This document shows, piece after piece, positions 1 to 9,788 of a stretch of DNA of 64,000 nt. Below the pieces are notes generated by a model, which was given only the letters and a program-made list of their open reading frames with translations, ran no database searches and was not told where the DNA came from. This DNA comes from Thermoanaerobaculia bacterium (GTDB taxonomy: Bacteria; Acidobacteriota; Thermoanaerobaculia; UBA5066): NCBI GenBank assembly GCA_038245905.1, contig JBBRRY010000005.1, positions 72,742-136,741 on the forward strand, in the 5' to 3' direction. The position numbers and the translations under genes were made by a program. Within the stretch, counting starts at the first letter, position 1, and each line of letters opens with the position of its first letter.

Positions 1-183
1 CCGGCCGCCGCTGCGCTTCAGATCCGCGGCGCCCAGGACGACGGGTGCCGCCAGAAATTCGTTTTTCGTGAACAACGCCGCGGCGTTCGCGCCCTTCGCG
101 GCGACGAGAAGCGCGAGGTCGGGGCGCTTCTTGCGAATGCCGGCGCGGACCCCAGACGCGACGAAGCCCTTCGGGAGCCTCAC
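1..183 (-). CDS. argJ: ArgJ ornithine acetyltransferase, N-terminal part (runs off window start)
   Basis: Manual translation from GTG at 183 (GTGA overlap with argH stop): MRLPKGFVASGVRAGIRKKRPDLALL...AALFTKNEFLAAPV, typical ArgJ N-terminus; not in ORF track. Confidence 0.85.
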   Translation of the reverse strand, partial: MRLPKGFVASGVRAGIRKKRPDLALLVAAKGANAAALFTKNEFLAAPVVLGAADLKRSGGR

Positions 184-1550
184 GCGCCTCCCGTGAGGCG
201 CCGGACGGCGGCCTTGGCCGCGCGGGCCACCTGCCGCGGAGCGGTGCCGCCCGTGGTGTCCCGTTTCGCGAGGGCGCGCCTCACGTCGAGCGCCTGCAGG
301 TCCTGGGCCGTGATTTCTTTCGTGGGCCCGAGCGCCGTGAGCGTCACACCCAGCGCCTCAGCCTCCGCGATCCGGCGACCGATGACGTCGTGCGCTTCGC
401 GGAAGGGCATGCCCCTTTTCGCGAGGGCGTCGGCGAGCTCGGTCGCGAGCAGCCGATCGTCTGCGGCGGCGAGCGCCATGCGCTCACGATCGAGACGAAG
501 ACCCTCGACGAGGCCCGTCAACGCCGGCAACGCGACGGCGAGGACGCCACGCACGCGGAAGACCGGCTCCTTGTCGAGCTGGAGGTCCTTGTCGTACGCG
601 AGCGGAAGGCCCTTGAGAAGCGCGAGGAGCCCGGTCAGCTCGCCAATCGCGCGGCCCGCATGTCCGCGGGCCAGCTCGAGCACGTCCGGGTTCTTCTTCT
701 GTGGCATGCGCGAAGAGCCCGTGGCAAGGGCGTCCGGTAGGGTGGCGAAGGCGAATTCATCCGACGTGAAGGCGATGAGGTCTTCCGCGAGCCGCGAGAG
801 ATGGACGAGGAGAAGCGTCGCGGCAAAAAGGAATTCCACCGCCGCGTCGCGGTCGGAGACGGCGTCGAGCGAATTCGCCGTCGGGCGCAGGAAGCCGAGG
901 CTCCGGGCGAGCGCCTCGCGATCGATCGGAAGAGGCGTGCCCGAGAGCGCGCCGGAGCCGAGCGGGCACTCGTCCGCGCGCGAGGCCGCGTTGTCGAAGC
1001 GGCTCGCGTCGCGGCGGAGCATTTCCACGTAGGCGAGGCACCAATGCCCGAACGTGACGGGCTCGGCACGCTTCATGTGCGTGTAGCCCGGCATGGGCGT
1101 CGCGGCCTCGGCTTCCGCACGGCGCGCGAATGCGAGCGCGAGGGAGCGCGCGGCGGCCGCGCCCTCGGCGAGAGCGTCCTTGACGTACAGACGGAAGTCG
1201 GTCGCGACCTGGTCGTTCCGCGAGCGCCCCGTGTGCAGCTTTCCGGCGAGCGGACCCACCTTTGCGGCGAGGCGGGCCTCGACGAACGAGTGCACGTCCT
1301 CGTCGTCCGCGTCGTGCGGCACGCCCGTCTTCGCGACCTCGACGCCGATCTCTTCGAGGCCGGCCACGAGCTTCTTCACGTCTCTCGAAGACAGCACGCC
1401 TGCGGCGCCGAGCGCCTCGGCCCAGGCGATCGAGCCTCGCAGGTCCTCGGCGAGGAGCACGCGGTCGAACACGAACGAGTCGTTGAAGGCGCGAAGGGCG
1501 TGCGCGGGGGGCTCGGAGAAGCGCCCTCCCCAGAGCTGGCGACGGGTCAA
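180..1550 (-). CDS. argH: Argininosuccinate lyase
   Basis: LWGGRF, GKLHTGRSRNDQVATD, GSSRMPQKKNPD signature. Confidence 0.97.
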   Translation of the reverse strand: MTRRQLWGGRFSEPPAHALRAFNDSFVFDRVLLAEDLRGSIAWAEALGAAGVLSSRDVKKLVAGLEEIGVEVAKTGVPHDADDEDVHSFVEARLAAKVGPLAGKLHTGRSRNDQVATDFRLYVKDALAEGAAAARSLALAFARRAEAEAATPMPGYTHMKRAEPVTFGHWCLAYVEMLRRDASRFDNAASRADECPLGSGALSGTPLPIDREALARSLGFLRPTANSLDAVSDRDAAVEFLFAATLLLVHLSRLAEDLIAFTSDEFAFATLPDALATGSSRMPQKKNPDVLELARGHAGRAIGELTGLLALLKGLPLAYDKDLQLDKEPVFRVRGVLAVALPALTGLVEGLRLDRERMALAAADDRLLATELADALAKRGMPFREAHDVIGRRIAEAEALGVTLTALGPTKEITAQDLQALDVRRALAKRDTTGGTAPRQVARAAKAAVRRLTGGA

Positions 1551-1554
1551 CGTC

Positions 1555-2790
1555 TCACCCTTCCCCGGAGACGACGGCCTGATACGTCGTTCCGGCCTTC
1601 AGCCGCAGGCGGCCCTTCGTGGGCAGGCCGAAGAGGCGGATGAAACCGGCTGCGTCAGCCGGCGTGTAGCCGCGCATGTCGAACGACGCGAGGTGCGCCG
1701 AATAGAGCGCGTGGGGCGACGTGCGGCCGACGACCGACGAGGAGCCCTTGAAGAGCTTGAGCGTGACGTCGCCCGTCACGGTGGGCATCAGCGCGTTCAT
1801 GAACGCGTCCAGCGCCTCGCGAAGCGGTGAGAACCACTGGCCGAAATAGACCAGCTCGGCATAGCGGGCGGCGAGCTTCTCCTTCTCGTGGGTGCTGTCG
1901 CGGTCGAGCGTAAGCGTCTCGAGAGCGCGGAGCGCCATCACGAGGAGCGTGCCGCCCGGCGTCTCGTAGACGCCGCGTGACTTGATGCCGACGAGTCGGT
2001 TCTCGACGATGTCCACGCGGCCGACGCCGTGACGGCCGGCGATCTCGTTGAGCTTCTGGATGAGCGCCACCGGCGCGAGCCTCTCGCCGTTCACCGCGAC
2101 AGGCAACCCCGCCGTGAAGGAGATCGTCACCCGCTCAGGAGTGTCGGGGGCCTTCTCGGGGTCCACCGTCAGCTTGAACATCGAGGGCTCGGGCTCGAAG
2201 CCTGGCTCTTCCAGCGGGCCGCCTTCGTGGGAAATGTGCCAGAGGTTCCGGTCGCGCGAATACGGGTCCTTCTTCGTGACCGGAACGGGAATGCCGCGCG
2301 CCGCGGCGTAGTCGATGGCGTCCTCGCGCGACTGGATGTCCCACTCGCGCCACGGGGCGATGATGGCGAGCTCCGGCGCGAGCGCCATGTAGGCGAGCTC
2401 GAAGCGGACCTGGTCGTTGCCCTTCCCCGTGCAGCCGTGCGAGAAGGCGTCGCAACCCGTCGCGAGCGCCACCTCGACCTGCTTCTTGGCGATGAGGGGA
2501 CGCGCGGTCGCGGTCCCGAGCAGGTAGTCGTGCTCGTAGATGGCGCCGGCCTTCAGCACCGGAAAGAGGTAATCGCGCGCGAACTCGTCCTTTGCGTCGA
2601 TGAGGAAGAACTCCGACGCACCGGTCTTCTTCGCCTTCTCTTCGAGGCCCGCAGTCTCCTCGGCCTGGCCGACGTCGACGGCAACGGCGACGACCTCGCA
2701 GCCGTAGTTCTCCTTCAGCCAGGGGATGATGACGGACGTGTCGAGGCCGCCCGAATAGGCGAGCGCGACTTTCTTGATCTTCGGCTTCAC
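1555..2790 (-). CDS. argG: Argininosuccinate synthase
   Basis: [43 protein letters not shown]. Confidence 0.98.
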   Translation of the reverse strand: MKPKIKKVALAYSGGLDTSVIIPWLKENYGCEVVAVAVDVGQAEETAGLEEKAKKTGASEFFLIDAKDEFARDYLFPVLKAGAIYEHDYLLGTATARPLIAKKQVEVALATGCDAFSHGCTGKGNDQVRFELAYMALAPELAIIAPWREWDIQSREDAIDYAAARGIPVPVTKKDPYSRDRNLWHISHEGGPLEEPGFEPEPSMFKLTVDPEKAPDTPERVTISFTAGLPVAVNGERLAPVALIQKLNEIAGRHGVGRVDIVENRLVGIKSRGVYETPGGTLLVMALRALETLTLDRDSTHEKEKLAARYAELVYFGQWFSPLREALDAFMNALMPTVTGDVTLKLFKGSSSVVGRTSPHALYSAHLASFDMRGYTPADAAGFIRLFGLPTKGRLRLKAGTTYQAVVSGEG

Positions 2791-4001
2791 GAGGCTTTCT
2801 CCTTCGGCGCTTCGCGGAGGATCTCCTCGAGCGCCTTGACGAATCCGGATAACGCCGGACGGGGCACCACGTAGGGGGGCAGGAGGCGAAGAACCTTCGT
2901 CCGCGACGTCCCGACGACGAAGCCCTTACCGAGGAGCGCTTTCTGCACCTCGGCGGCGTCGCGCAACAGCTCCACGCCCCAGATGAGGCCGCGGCCCCGC
3001 ACGTCGACGATCGCCCCCTTGCTGCGCTTCTTCGCGCTCCGGAGCTTCTTCCCGAACCATTCGCCCGTCGCGCGGTTCTTCTCGAGATAACCGCCGTCCA
3101 GGATCTCGGCGAGCGTTTCGAGCCCCAGCCGGCACGCGATCGGATTGCCGCCGAATGTGGTGCCGTGGTGCCCGGGCTTCACGAGCGGCGCGATCCGTTC
3201 CCCGACGAGGACGACCCCGAGCGGCAGACCGCCTCCGATGGGTTTGGCGAGCGTCACGAGGTCGGGCACGACGCCGAGCTCCTGAAACACGAACAGGTGG
3301 CCCGTGCGCCCGAGGCCCGACTGGATCTCGTCGAAGACGAGCGCCGCGCCCACGCGATCGGCCGCGGCGCGCGCGGCCTTCACGTATTCGGGCGTGAGCG
3401 GGATGATGCCTCCCTCGCCGAGGATGGGTTCCAGGAAGATCGCGGCCGTCTCGGGCGTGACGGCGCTCTCGAGAGCGGCGATGTCGTTGGGCGCGAGAAA
3501 GACGGTTTCGCCCGCGAGCGGCAGGAACGGCGTCCGATAGCCCTCGTTTCCCGTCAGGGCGAGCGCGCCCATCGTGCGCCCGTGAAAGCCGCCCTCGAGC
3601 GCGATCATCCGGCTTCGGCCGGGCGTCGCGAGCCGCGTGAACTTGACGGCGGCTTCGATCGCCTCGGTGCCGCTGTTGCAGAAGAAGACGCGCGGCATCC
3701 CGGAGAGGTGCGTGAGGCGCTCGGCGAGAAGACCCTGCGCCGGGTGGAAGAACAGGTTCGAGACGTGCAGGAGGTGGTTCGCCTCCTCGCGGAGCGCCTT
3801 CACGAGGCGTGGATGGCGATGGCCGAGCGCGTTCACGGCAATGCCCGCGAGAAGGTCCCAGTAGACCTTCCCGTCCGCGTCGACGAGCTTCGCGCCCTTG
3901 CCAGAGAGCGGGTGAAAGGGCGTGCGCTTGTAGGTGCCGAGGATGTTATCGGCATCGCGCTTTTCGACGAGAGACGGAGCTTCAGGCGGCGGCTGATGCA
4001 A
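2787..4001 (-). CDS. argD: Acetylornithine aminotransferase (class III PLP)
   Basis: [46 protein letters not shown]; start placed at TTG 4001 behind GGAGG (ORF track extends to 4046). Confidence 0.93.
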   Translation of the reverse strand: MHQPPPEAPSLVEKRDADNILGTYKRTPFHPLSGKGAKLVDADGKVYWDLLAGIAVNALGHRHPRLVKALREEANHLLHVSNLFFHPAQGLLAERLTHLSGMPRVFFCNSGTEAIEAAVKFTRLATPGRSRMIALEGGFHGRTMGALALTGNEGYRTPFLPLAGETVFLAPNDIAALESAVTPETAAIFLEPILGEGGIIPLTPEYVKAARAAADRVGAALVFDEIQSGLGRTGHLFVFQELGVVPDLVTLAKPIGGGLPLGVVLVGERIAPLVKPGHHGTTFGGNPIACRLGLETLAEILDGGYLEKNRATGEWFGKKLRSAKKRSKGAIVDVRGRGLIWGVELLRDAAEVQKALLGKGFVVGTSRTKVLRLLPPYVVPRPALSGFVKALEEILREAPKEKAS

Positions 4002-4785
4002 GGCGGGTTCCTCCGATGCCCTCGGCAAGAGCCGAGGCGTGGCCATTTGGTCCGGCGATGACGACTTGGGAAACGCCCGCCTTCATGGCCTCGAGGCAGG
4101 CGACGAGTTTCGGGCGCATGCCGCCGCCCACCTCTCCGGAAGACAGCATGGCCCAGGCGCGCTCGGCGTCGAGCTCGGGCACGAGCTTTCCTTCGGCGTC
4201 GAGAAGGCCCTCGACGTCCGTGAGGAAGACGAGCCTCTCGGCGCGGAGCGCGACCGCGAGCGCCGAGGCGGCGGAGTCGGCGTTGACGTTGAGGAGAGTA
4301 CCCTCCCGCCCGAGCGCGACGGACGCCACGATCGGGAGGAGGTCGGCGCCCAGGATGGCGCTGATGAGCTTCGGATTCGAGAAGGTGACCCTCCCGACGA
4401 ATCCGAAGTCCACGCCGTCGAGGCGAGGATGGAATTCGGCCCACAGGGTCTCCCCGTCCGCGCCCGACAGCCCGGCCGAGGTGACGCCGAGAGAGCGGAA
4501 CTCGGCGACGAGCGACTTGTTCACGAGGCCCGAGAGAATCGAGACGACGACGTCGAGCGTCTCGGGATCGGTGATCCTGAGCCCGCGGTAGGTCTTCTTC
4601 GGGATCTTGAGCGCCTGCAGCGACGCGTCGATCCGCTTGCCACCCCCGTGCACGACGACGATCCGTTGCCCGGCCGTCCACCGCGCCGCGATCGCGGCGA
4701 GCGCCCGCTCGCGGAGAACGGGATCTTCGAGGAGGCTCCCTCCGAGCTTGACGACCACCGGACGCCCCACGTGCGTCGCGCTCAC
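3982..4785 (-). CDS. argB: Acetylglutamate kinase
   Basis: VVVKLGGS, VVVHGGG, GLRITD, NVNAD, LTDVEG, GGMRPK. Confidence 0.96.
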   Translation of the reverse strand: MSATHVGRPVVVKLGGSLLEDPVLRERALAAIAARWTAGQRIVVVHGGGKRIDASLQALKIPKKTYRGLRITDPETLDVVVSILSGLVNKSLVAEFRSLGVTSAGLSGADGETLWAEFHPRLDGVDFGFVGRVTFSNPKLISAILGADLLPIVASVALGREGTLLNVNADSAASALAVALRAERLVFLTDVEGLLDAEGKLVPELDAERAWAMLSSGEVGGGMRPKLVACLEAMKAGVSQVVIAGPNGHASALAEGIGGTRLASAAA

Positions 4786-5819
4786 GAGAGGCCCTCCGCC
4801 TCCGGATGGCCGAACACCCGGTTCATGTTCTGCACGGCCTGCGAGGCCGCGCCCTTGAGCAGGTTGTCGAGGACCGAGACGAGGACCCCGCGCCGGCCGC
4901 CCGGGAGGAGCGCGAAACCGATCTCGGCGCGCGGCGTCCCGACGACGTCGCGCAGCTCCGGCAGCTCGCCCGCCGGCCGCACCCGCACGAACGGCGTCGC
5001 GGAATAGACCTTCGCGTACGCGGCCGCGAGCGACTCGGGCGTCTGCGGCTCCGCGAAAGAAATGTGGAGCGTCGAGAGGATCCCGCGCACGACAGGCAGG
5101 AGGTGCGGGACGAAGACGAACGGAGTCTCGCCGGACAGCCCGAGCTCCTGACGCATCTCGGGCTCGTGCCGGTGGCTCCCGACGCCGTAAGCCTTGAAGT
5201 TGCCGTCGAGCTCACCGAAGGAGTACGCGACGTCGCTCTTCTTCCCCGCTCCCGAAACACCGCTCTTGCTGTCGCAGATGACCGGCTCGCCGGGTGCGAG
5301 AAGGGAGAGCACGGGCTTGAGCGCGAGGAGGACCGACGTCGGGTAGCACCCCGGGTTCGCGACGAGGTGCGCGCCCGTGAGCTTCTTTCCGCACCACTCG
5401 GTGAGACCGTAGACGGCCTCGGCGAGAAGGCCAGGCGCCGGGTGCTCGAACCCGTACCATTTCGGGTAGTCCGCCGCGTTCCGAAGGCGGAACGCCCCCG
5501 AGATGTCGATGACCTTCGCGCCCGACGCGAGGATCTTCGGGGCGACTTCGGCGGACGCTTCGTTCGGCGTCGCGAGGAAGACGACGTCCGGCCGGCTGGC
5601 AGCGAGGCGCTCCTCCGAGAAAGGCTCGGCATCTGGCCCGGCCCTCCCCCCGAGAAGCGGGTGGAGCCGCGCGAAGGGGACCGGCCGCGTGTCCTTCTTT
5701 CCGGAGGAGAACACGGACACGATCTCGGCACCGGGGTGCCGCGCGAGCAGCGCGCAGAGCTCCGCTCCCGAGTAGCCCGTCGCTCCGAGGACCGCGACCC
5801 GCGTCTTCGGCTCCGTCAA
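4782..5819 (-). CDS. argC: N-acetyl-gamma-glutamyl-phosphate reductase
   Basis: VAVLGATGYSG, VANPGCYPT, SGVSGAG, DNLLKGAASQAVQNMN; TTG start at 5819 overlapping argR stop. Confidence 0.95.
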   Translation of the reverse strand: MTEPKTRVAVLGATGYSGAELCALLARHPGAEIVSVFSSGKKDTRPVPFARLHPLLGGRAGPDAEPFSEERLAASRPDVVFLATPNEASAEVAPKILASGAKVIDISGAFRLRNAADYPKWYGFEHPAPGLLAEAVYGLTEWCGKKLTGAHLVANPGCYPTSVLLALKPVLSLLAPGEPVICDSKSGVSGAGKKSDVAYSFGELDGNFKAYGVGSHRHEPEMRQELGLSGETPFVFVPHLLPVVRGILSTLHISFAEPQTPESLAAAYAKVYSATPFVRVRPAGELPELRDVVGTPRAEIGFALLPGGRRGVLVSVLDNLLKGAASQAVQNMNRVFGHPEAEGLS

Positions 5820-6301
5820 CCGCGTCCCCTGCGGGAGCGTCCCGCGGCGAGGCCCGGCTCGAGCCGGCGGGCGAGCCGTTGGGCGGCCGCGACCGTGGCC
5901 GCTGCCAGGAAGATCGTGTCGTCGCCGGCAATCGTCCCGACGACCCCTTCGAGCGCGGCCTCGTCCAGGGCGCGCGCGACGGCGTTGGCCGTCGCCGGAG
6001 GCGTCTTGACGACAACGAGGGTGCCCGCCGTCGCCACGCCCAGGACCCACTCCTTGAGCGCGCGCTCGAGGCGCTCCTCGCGGCGGGCCTGAAGCACGCC
6101 TTCCGTCGCCTGCGCCTCGCCGCCCGGGACCACGTATCCCCCGGCGGTCTTCGCGAGGCCGAGATCCTTGAGGTCCCGGGAGAGCGTGGGCTGCGCGACG
6201 TCGATGCCGCGGCGCGCGAGACGATGCTGGAGCTCCTCCTGCGAGTGCACGGCAGCGCCGCGGATGACCTTGAGAATTTCGTCGCGGCGCCGGAGCGCCA
6301 T
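5816..6301 (-). CDS. argR: Arginine repressor
   Basis: SQEELQ..L, QPTLSRDLKDLG, GTIAGDDTIF. Confidence 0.95.
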   Translation of the reverse strand: MALRRRDEILKVIRGAAVHSQEELQHRLARRGIDVAQPTLSRDLKDLGLAKTAGGYVVPGGEAQATEGVLQARREERLERALKEWVLGVATAGTLVVVKTPPATANAVARALDEAALEGVVGTIAGDDTIFLAAATVAAAQRLARRLEPGLAAGRSRRGRG

Positions 6302-6337
6302 CGAATGACTATTCACAGACGTGAATATTCATTCATT
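6300..6337. promoter_or_regulatory. Tandem ARG boxes overlapping argR promoter/start
   Basis: CGAAT-GACT-ATTCA (6302-6315) and TGAAT-ATTC-ATTCA (6322-6335) match TGAAT-N4-ATTCA; TTGACG -35 on minus strand at 6347-6352. Confidence 0.85.
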
Positions 6338-6418
6338 CGCGCCGCGCGTCAAGCATTTTCTTTTCGTGACGCAGGGCACGGGATCGGAGGCCACGGGGGA
6401 CGGGACTAGAATTCACGC

Positions 6419-6454
6419 ATGGGGCAGGCTTCCCGACGGACCGGGCCGCGATGA
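6419..6454 (+). CDS. Possible leaderless 11-aa uORF (MGQASRRTGPR) overlapping the sigma start
   Basis: TAGAAT 6407-6412, ATG 6 nt later, TGA 6452-6454 in ATGA overlap with sigma ATG 6451. Confidence 0.3.
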   Translation: MGQASRRTGPR

Positions 6455-7014
6455 GTCCGACCCGCTCTTCCGACGCGTTCGAGGCCGAGATCGGACGACT
6501 GCCGGAGAAGTTGCGCCGTTTTTTCCTGTCTCGTGGCGTACGCACCGAGGACGACGCCAGGGACCTTGCGCAGGAGACCCTTCTTCGCGTCCTGCAGAGG
6601 CTCTCGCGAGGCGAGCTCCTCGACTCGCCGGAGGCGTTTTCGCTCGGGGTCGCCAAGAACGTCTTCTTCGAGTACTGCCGGCGGGTCGCGAAGTCCCACG
6701 CCCACGACGGCCTTTCCGGCGCCATCGATCTTGCCGGGGGCGAGGATCCCCTTACCGAAGCCCTCGCTTCGAGCCAGGCCATTCGATTCCGCCGGGCGCT
6801 CGAGCTCCTGCCCGAACGCATGAAGAACCTTCTCCTCAAGCGGTTCGTGGAAGAGGTGCCGTCGCGAACGATCGCCCGCGAGGAAGGGATCTCGACGGAC
6901 GCCATCGACATGCGCGTCTATCGCGCCAAGCGCGAGCTCAAGAAGCGCATGGACCGCGAAAAAGCGGCGCGGGACGGCGGGCAACCGACTCCGGAACCGG
7001 ACGCCCTCCCGTGA
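6451..7014 (+). CDS. ECF sigma-70 factor
   Basis: Region 2 (DARDLAQETLLRV, FSLGVAKN) and region 4 (LPERMK..LL..F..IAREEGIS...MRVYRAKRELK). Confidence 0.88.
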   Translation: MSPTRSSDAFEAEIGRLPEKLRRFFLSRGVRTEDDARDLAQETLLRVLQRLSRGELLDSPEAFSLGVAKNVFFEYCRRVAKSHAHDGLSGAIDLAGGEDPLTEALASSQAIRFRRALELLPERMKNLLLKRFVEEVPSRTIAREEGISTDAIDMRVYRAKRELKKRMDREKAARDGGQPTPEPDALP

Positions 7015-7024
7015 GTCCCCGGTC

Positions 7025-7852
7025 GTGAGCGCCCTGGAACCCGGTCCCGAGGAAATTCGCGACTACCTGCTGCGCCGCATGCAAGACAAGGCGCGGGGCC
7101 GCTTCGAGGAAGCCTACTTTCAAGACGACACCCTCCTCGACCGAATCGAGGCGGAAGAGGACGCGCTGGTCTCCGACTACGTCCTCGGCCGGCTGGACGC
7201 GGCGGAGCGGCGCCTCTTCGAAGAGTCTCTGCTCGAAACGCCCTACTACAAGAACAGGGTCGAGACTACGAGCCGGCTCAAGCTGAGAATTGAAGCTCCG
7301 GGTCTCTTCCCCGCTCGCACCGAAGCGCCCGGCGGCGACGCGCACCTGTTTCCGGGCCGCTCCGGGGCGGGAGTGGCCTTCGGTCTCCTGGCGCTGCTCC
7401 TCGTGGCCGCCCTCCTCTCGGCTTTGCGGCTCAAGAGCGACCTCACGCGCGCGCGCCTCGAGTTGGCAGCGCGGCCCGTCAGCGCGGCCGATCCCGCCGC
7501 CCACGCGGGAGTCGTGCCTCTGGCCCAGACCGTCCTTTTGGGAGGCGAGCGAAGCGCGGGCCCGGCCATCACGATCCTGAGACGGGCGGCAGGCGGGGCC
7601 ATTCTGCTCAGCTTTCCCCGGTCGCTGGCGGGCCGCGCGCCGTCGACCCTGAGCGTGGCCCTCCTCGACGGGAAGAGGGTGGTCTGGGAATCGGCCGCAT
7701 TCCCATCGAAGGAAATGGAGGAGGGCGACCTGTCGCTTCGCCTCCCTCCTGGTGTGCCACCGGCGGGCTCGTACGCCGTGCTTCTCAAGGCTCCGGGCAC
7801 GCCCGAGAAAGCCGAGACGCTGCTCGGGATCCTCGAGATCACCGAGCGCTGA
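7025..7852 (+). CDS. Putative membrane anti-sigma factor
   Basis: Directly after the sigma; two DY(L/V)LxRx helical repeats, one TM (GVAFGLLALLLVAALLSAL), C-terminal beta-rich domain. Confidence 0.65.
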   Translation: MSALEPGPEEIRDYLLRRMQDKARGRFEEAYFQDDTLLDRIEAEEDALVSDYVLGRLDAAERRLFEESLLETPYYKNRVETTSRLKLRIEAPGLFPARTEAPGGDAHLFPGRSGAGVAFGLLALLLVAALLSALRLKSDLTRARLELAARPVSAADPAAHAGVVPLAQTVLLGGERSAGPAITILRRAAGGAILLSFPRSLAGRAPSTLSVALLDGKRVVWESAAFPSKEMEEGDLSLRLPPGVPPAGSYAVLLKAPGTPEKAETLLGILEITER

Positions 7853-7859
7853 TCCGCGG

Positions 7860-8516
7860 TCAGAAGCCGGCGCGGGCGTGCAGGCCTTCGAGGAAGATCC
7901 CCGCGAATTCCTCGCCAATCTCGTCCGCGGAAGCTCCGCCGCCCGCGCGATACCAGCGGGCCATCCAGTTCATCGCGCCCAGAATCGCGAACGCCGCCAG
8001 CTTCGGATCGACCGCGCGGAAGACCCCCTGCTCCACGCCCTCGGCGATCACGTCGCGCAGGCTGTTCTCGTATGCGTCGCGGACGCCCACGACGTTCGCG
8101 CGGCGCCGCGCGTCCAGGGCGTCGAACTGGAGCGCCAGTGCGGTCCCGTGAAATTTGTCCACCATCACGCGCGCATGCTCGACGATGATGCGCCGGAGCG
8201 CTTGATCGGGCGGGAGCGCCGAGGCGCGCACGCGCTCCGTCACATCGAGCATCGCCTCGAGAGCCGTCTCGTGGCACAGGGCGAGAATTTCTTCCTTGTC
8301 TCGAAAGTAGTAGTAGAGGCTTCCCCGCGTCAGGAGGAGCTCTTCGGCGATGTCGTCCATGGACGTTCCGTAGAACCCTTTCGCCGCGAAGCTTCGAACG
8401 GCGCTTTCGAGGATCAGCGCGCGCTTGGCCTTACGCTTCGTCTCGACGTGCGCAGAGGGGGCGCGCCGCCTGGCGGTTCCGCCGCCCCTCGCTCCGGAGG
8501 GTTCCTTGCGCGACAT
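7860..8516 (-). CDS. TetR/AcrR family regulator (KstR2-like C-terminus)
   Basis: [23 protein letters not shown]...GSLYYYF HTH; NWMARWYR. Confidence 0.92.
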   Translation of the reverse strand: MSRKEPSGARGGGTARRRAPSAHVETKRKAKRALILESAVRSFAAKGFYGTSMDDIAEELLLTRGSLYYYFRDKEEILALCHETALEAMLDVTERVRASALPPDQALRRIIVEHARVMVDKFHGTALALQFDALDARRRANVVGVRDAYENSLRDVIAEGVEQGVFRAVDPKLAAFAILGAMNWMARWYRAGGGASADEIGEEFAGIFLEGLHARAGF

Positions 8517-8551
8517 GGTCTCTCGATCTTAGGCCGCCGCTCCTGGAAACG

Positions 8552-8585
8552 AAAAAGGCCGCCTCCCTACAAGAGAGAGGCGGCC
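8552..8585 (-). terminator. Intrinsic terminator downstream of tRNA-Pro
   Basis: GGCCGCCTC...GAGGCGGCC hairpin followed by TTTTT on minus strand. Confidence 0.8.
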
Positions 8586-8596
8586 GAGCGGGAAAT

Positions 8597-8674
<78 letters not shown>

Positions 8675-8776
8675 AGGAGCGCGGACGATACCATTCCGGC
8701 GCGTCCGCGAAAAGGGGCCGGGGTTGTCGAATCCGGGCGGTCCCGTTCGACCAGATGAGGAAGGCCAGGAACGCCG

Positions 8777-9103
8777 GCGCTCCATGCGCGCGCCGCGTCG
8801 CCCGCCGAGACCGACTGGCGGCAGATCGCTGCGCTTTACGACACGCTCCGGCGTTTGCGCCCCTCCCCCGTCGTCGCGCTCAACCGCGCCGTTGCCGTCG
8901 CGATGTTCGCGGGGCCCGAGGCCGGCCTCCCGCTCGTCAAGGAGCTCGAGCGCTCGGGCGCGCTCGCGGGCAACGAGCCCGAGAGGCGGTTTCTTTCGAG
9001 AAGGCTCGATGCCGCCGAACGCGCCCGAGCAACAGCCGCGGGAAGACAAGGGCTCGACGACTTGCGCCGAGACGCACGTCAACCGGATGAAAGGCGTCGA
9101 TGA
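8777..9103 (+). pseudogene. C-terminal remnant of an ECF42-type (TPR-extended) sigma factor, internally deleted
   Basis: ALHARA..AETDWRQIAALY..L..PSPVVALNRAVAVAM..GPEAGL then jumps to NEPERRFL; no sigma2/sigma4 upstream. Confidence 0.75.
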
Positions 9104-9127
9104 CAAAAAACTGTGGCTTACGGGCGG

Positions 9128-9628
9128 TCAGAACCGATCCTGGGCTTGCTTCCTGAGGTACGAACGACTGCCCGCGGCGACGCGTAGCTCGGCGCAGGCT
9201 TCCGCCCACGTGAATCCCTGGAGGACGAGCCGCATGAGTGAGGCAGCGATCTGCGGGAGCGCTTCGACCCGCGCCTTAGCTTCAACCTTCGACAGACTGG
9301 AATCGCACCGCGAGGCCTGCCCCAGGCTCGCGAGCGCACCAGCGGGCTCGAACCGGGTCGGGCGCAGGCGGGCCCTGTTCTTCGTCCGTAGGAATCGGCT
9401 CGCGAGCGTCGAAACCAGGCGGTCACCCGGAGGGAACTCCGCTAAGTTGATTCTCTGATTCAGTAACCACAGCACGACTTCTTGACGCACGTCATCCCGG
9501 CAGGGTGCGTTAAATTTCTTCCGCCGCAGGACGCGATCGACGGAGTCAAGCAAAGCAGCGCCGACCTCCTCTGATACAGGGCGTTCGATCACAGCCGCAG
9601 TCACTATTTCAGTGTAGCCCTCAATCAC
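9128..9628 (-). CDS. Divergent ECF sigma-like protein
   Basis: RDDVRQEVVLWLL (region 2-like) and VEALP...LMRLVLQGFTWAEACAELRV (region 4 HTH-like); AT-richer DNA. Confidence 0.55.
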   Translation of the reverse strand: MIEGYTEIVTAAVIERPVSEEVGAALLDSVDRVLRRKKFNAPCRDDVRQEVVLWLLNQRINLAEFPPGDRLVSTLASRFLRTKNRARLRPTRFEPAGALASLGQASRCDSSLSKVEAKARVEALPQIAASLMRLVLQGFTWAEACAELRVAAGSRSYLRKQAQDRF

Positions 9629-9788
9629 ACCCTCGCGCCATGCACGTGCATCAATTCGCCCGATTCGTCATCGATTCGCCCCTCGCCGGCCATTATCTAG
9701 ATGAAAGCAAAGGGAATCTGTCCTCCCTCGCTTCACGAAAGAGATCCGATCTCACCTGGATTGAAAGAAAGGCACCGAAGGGATCACT

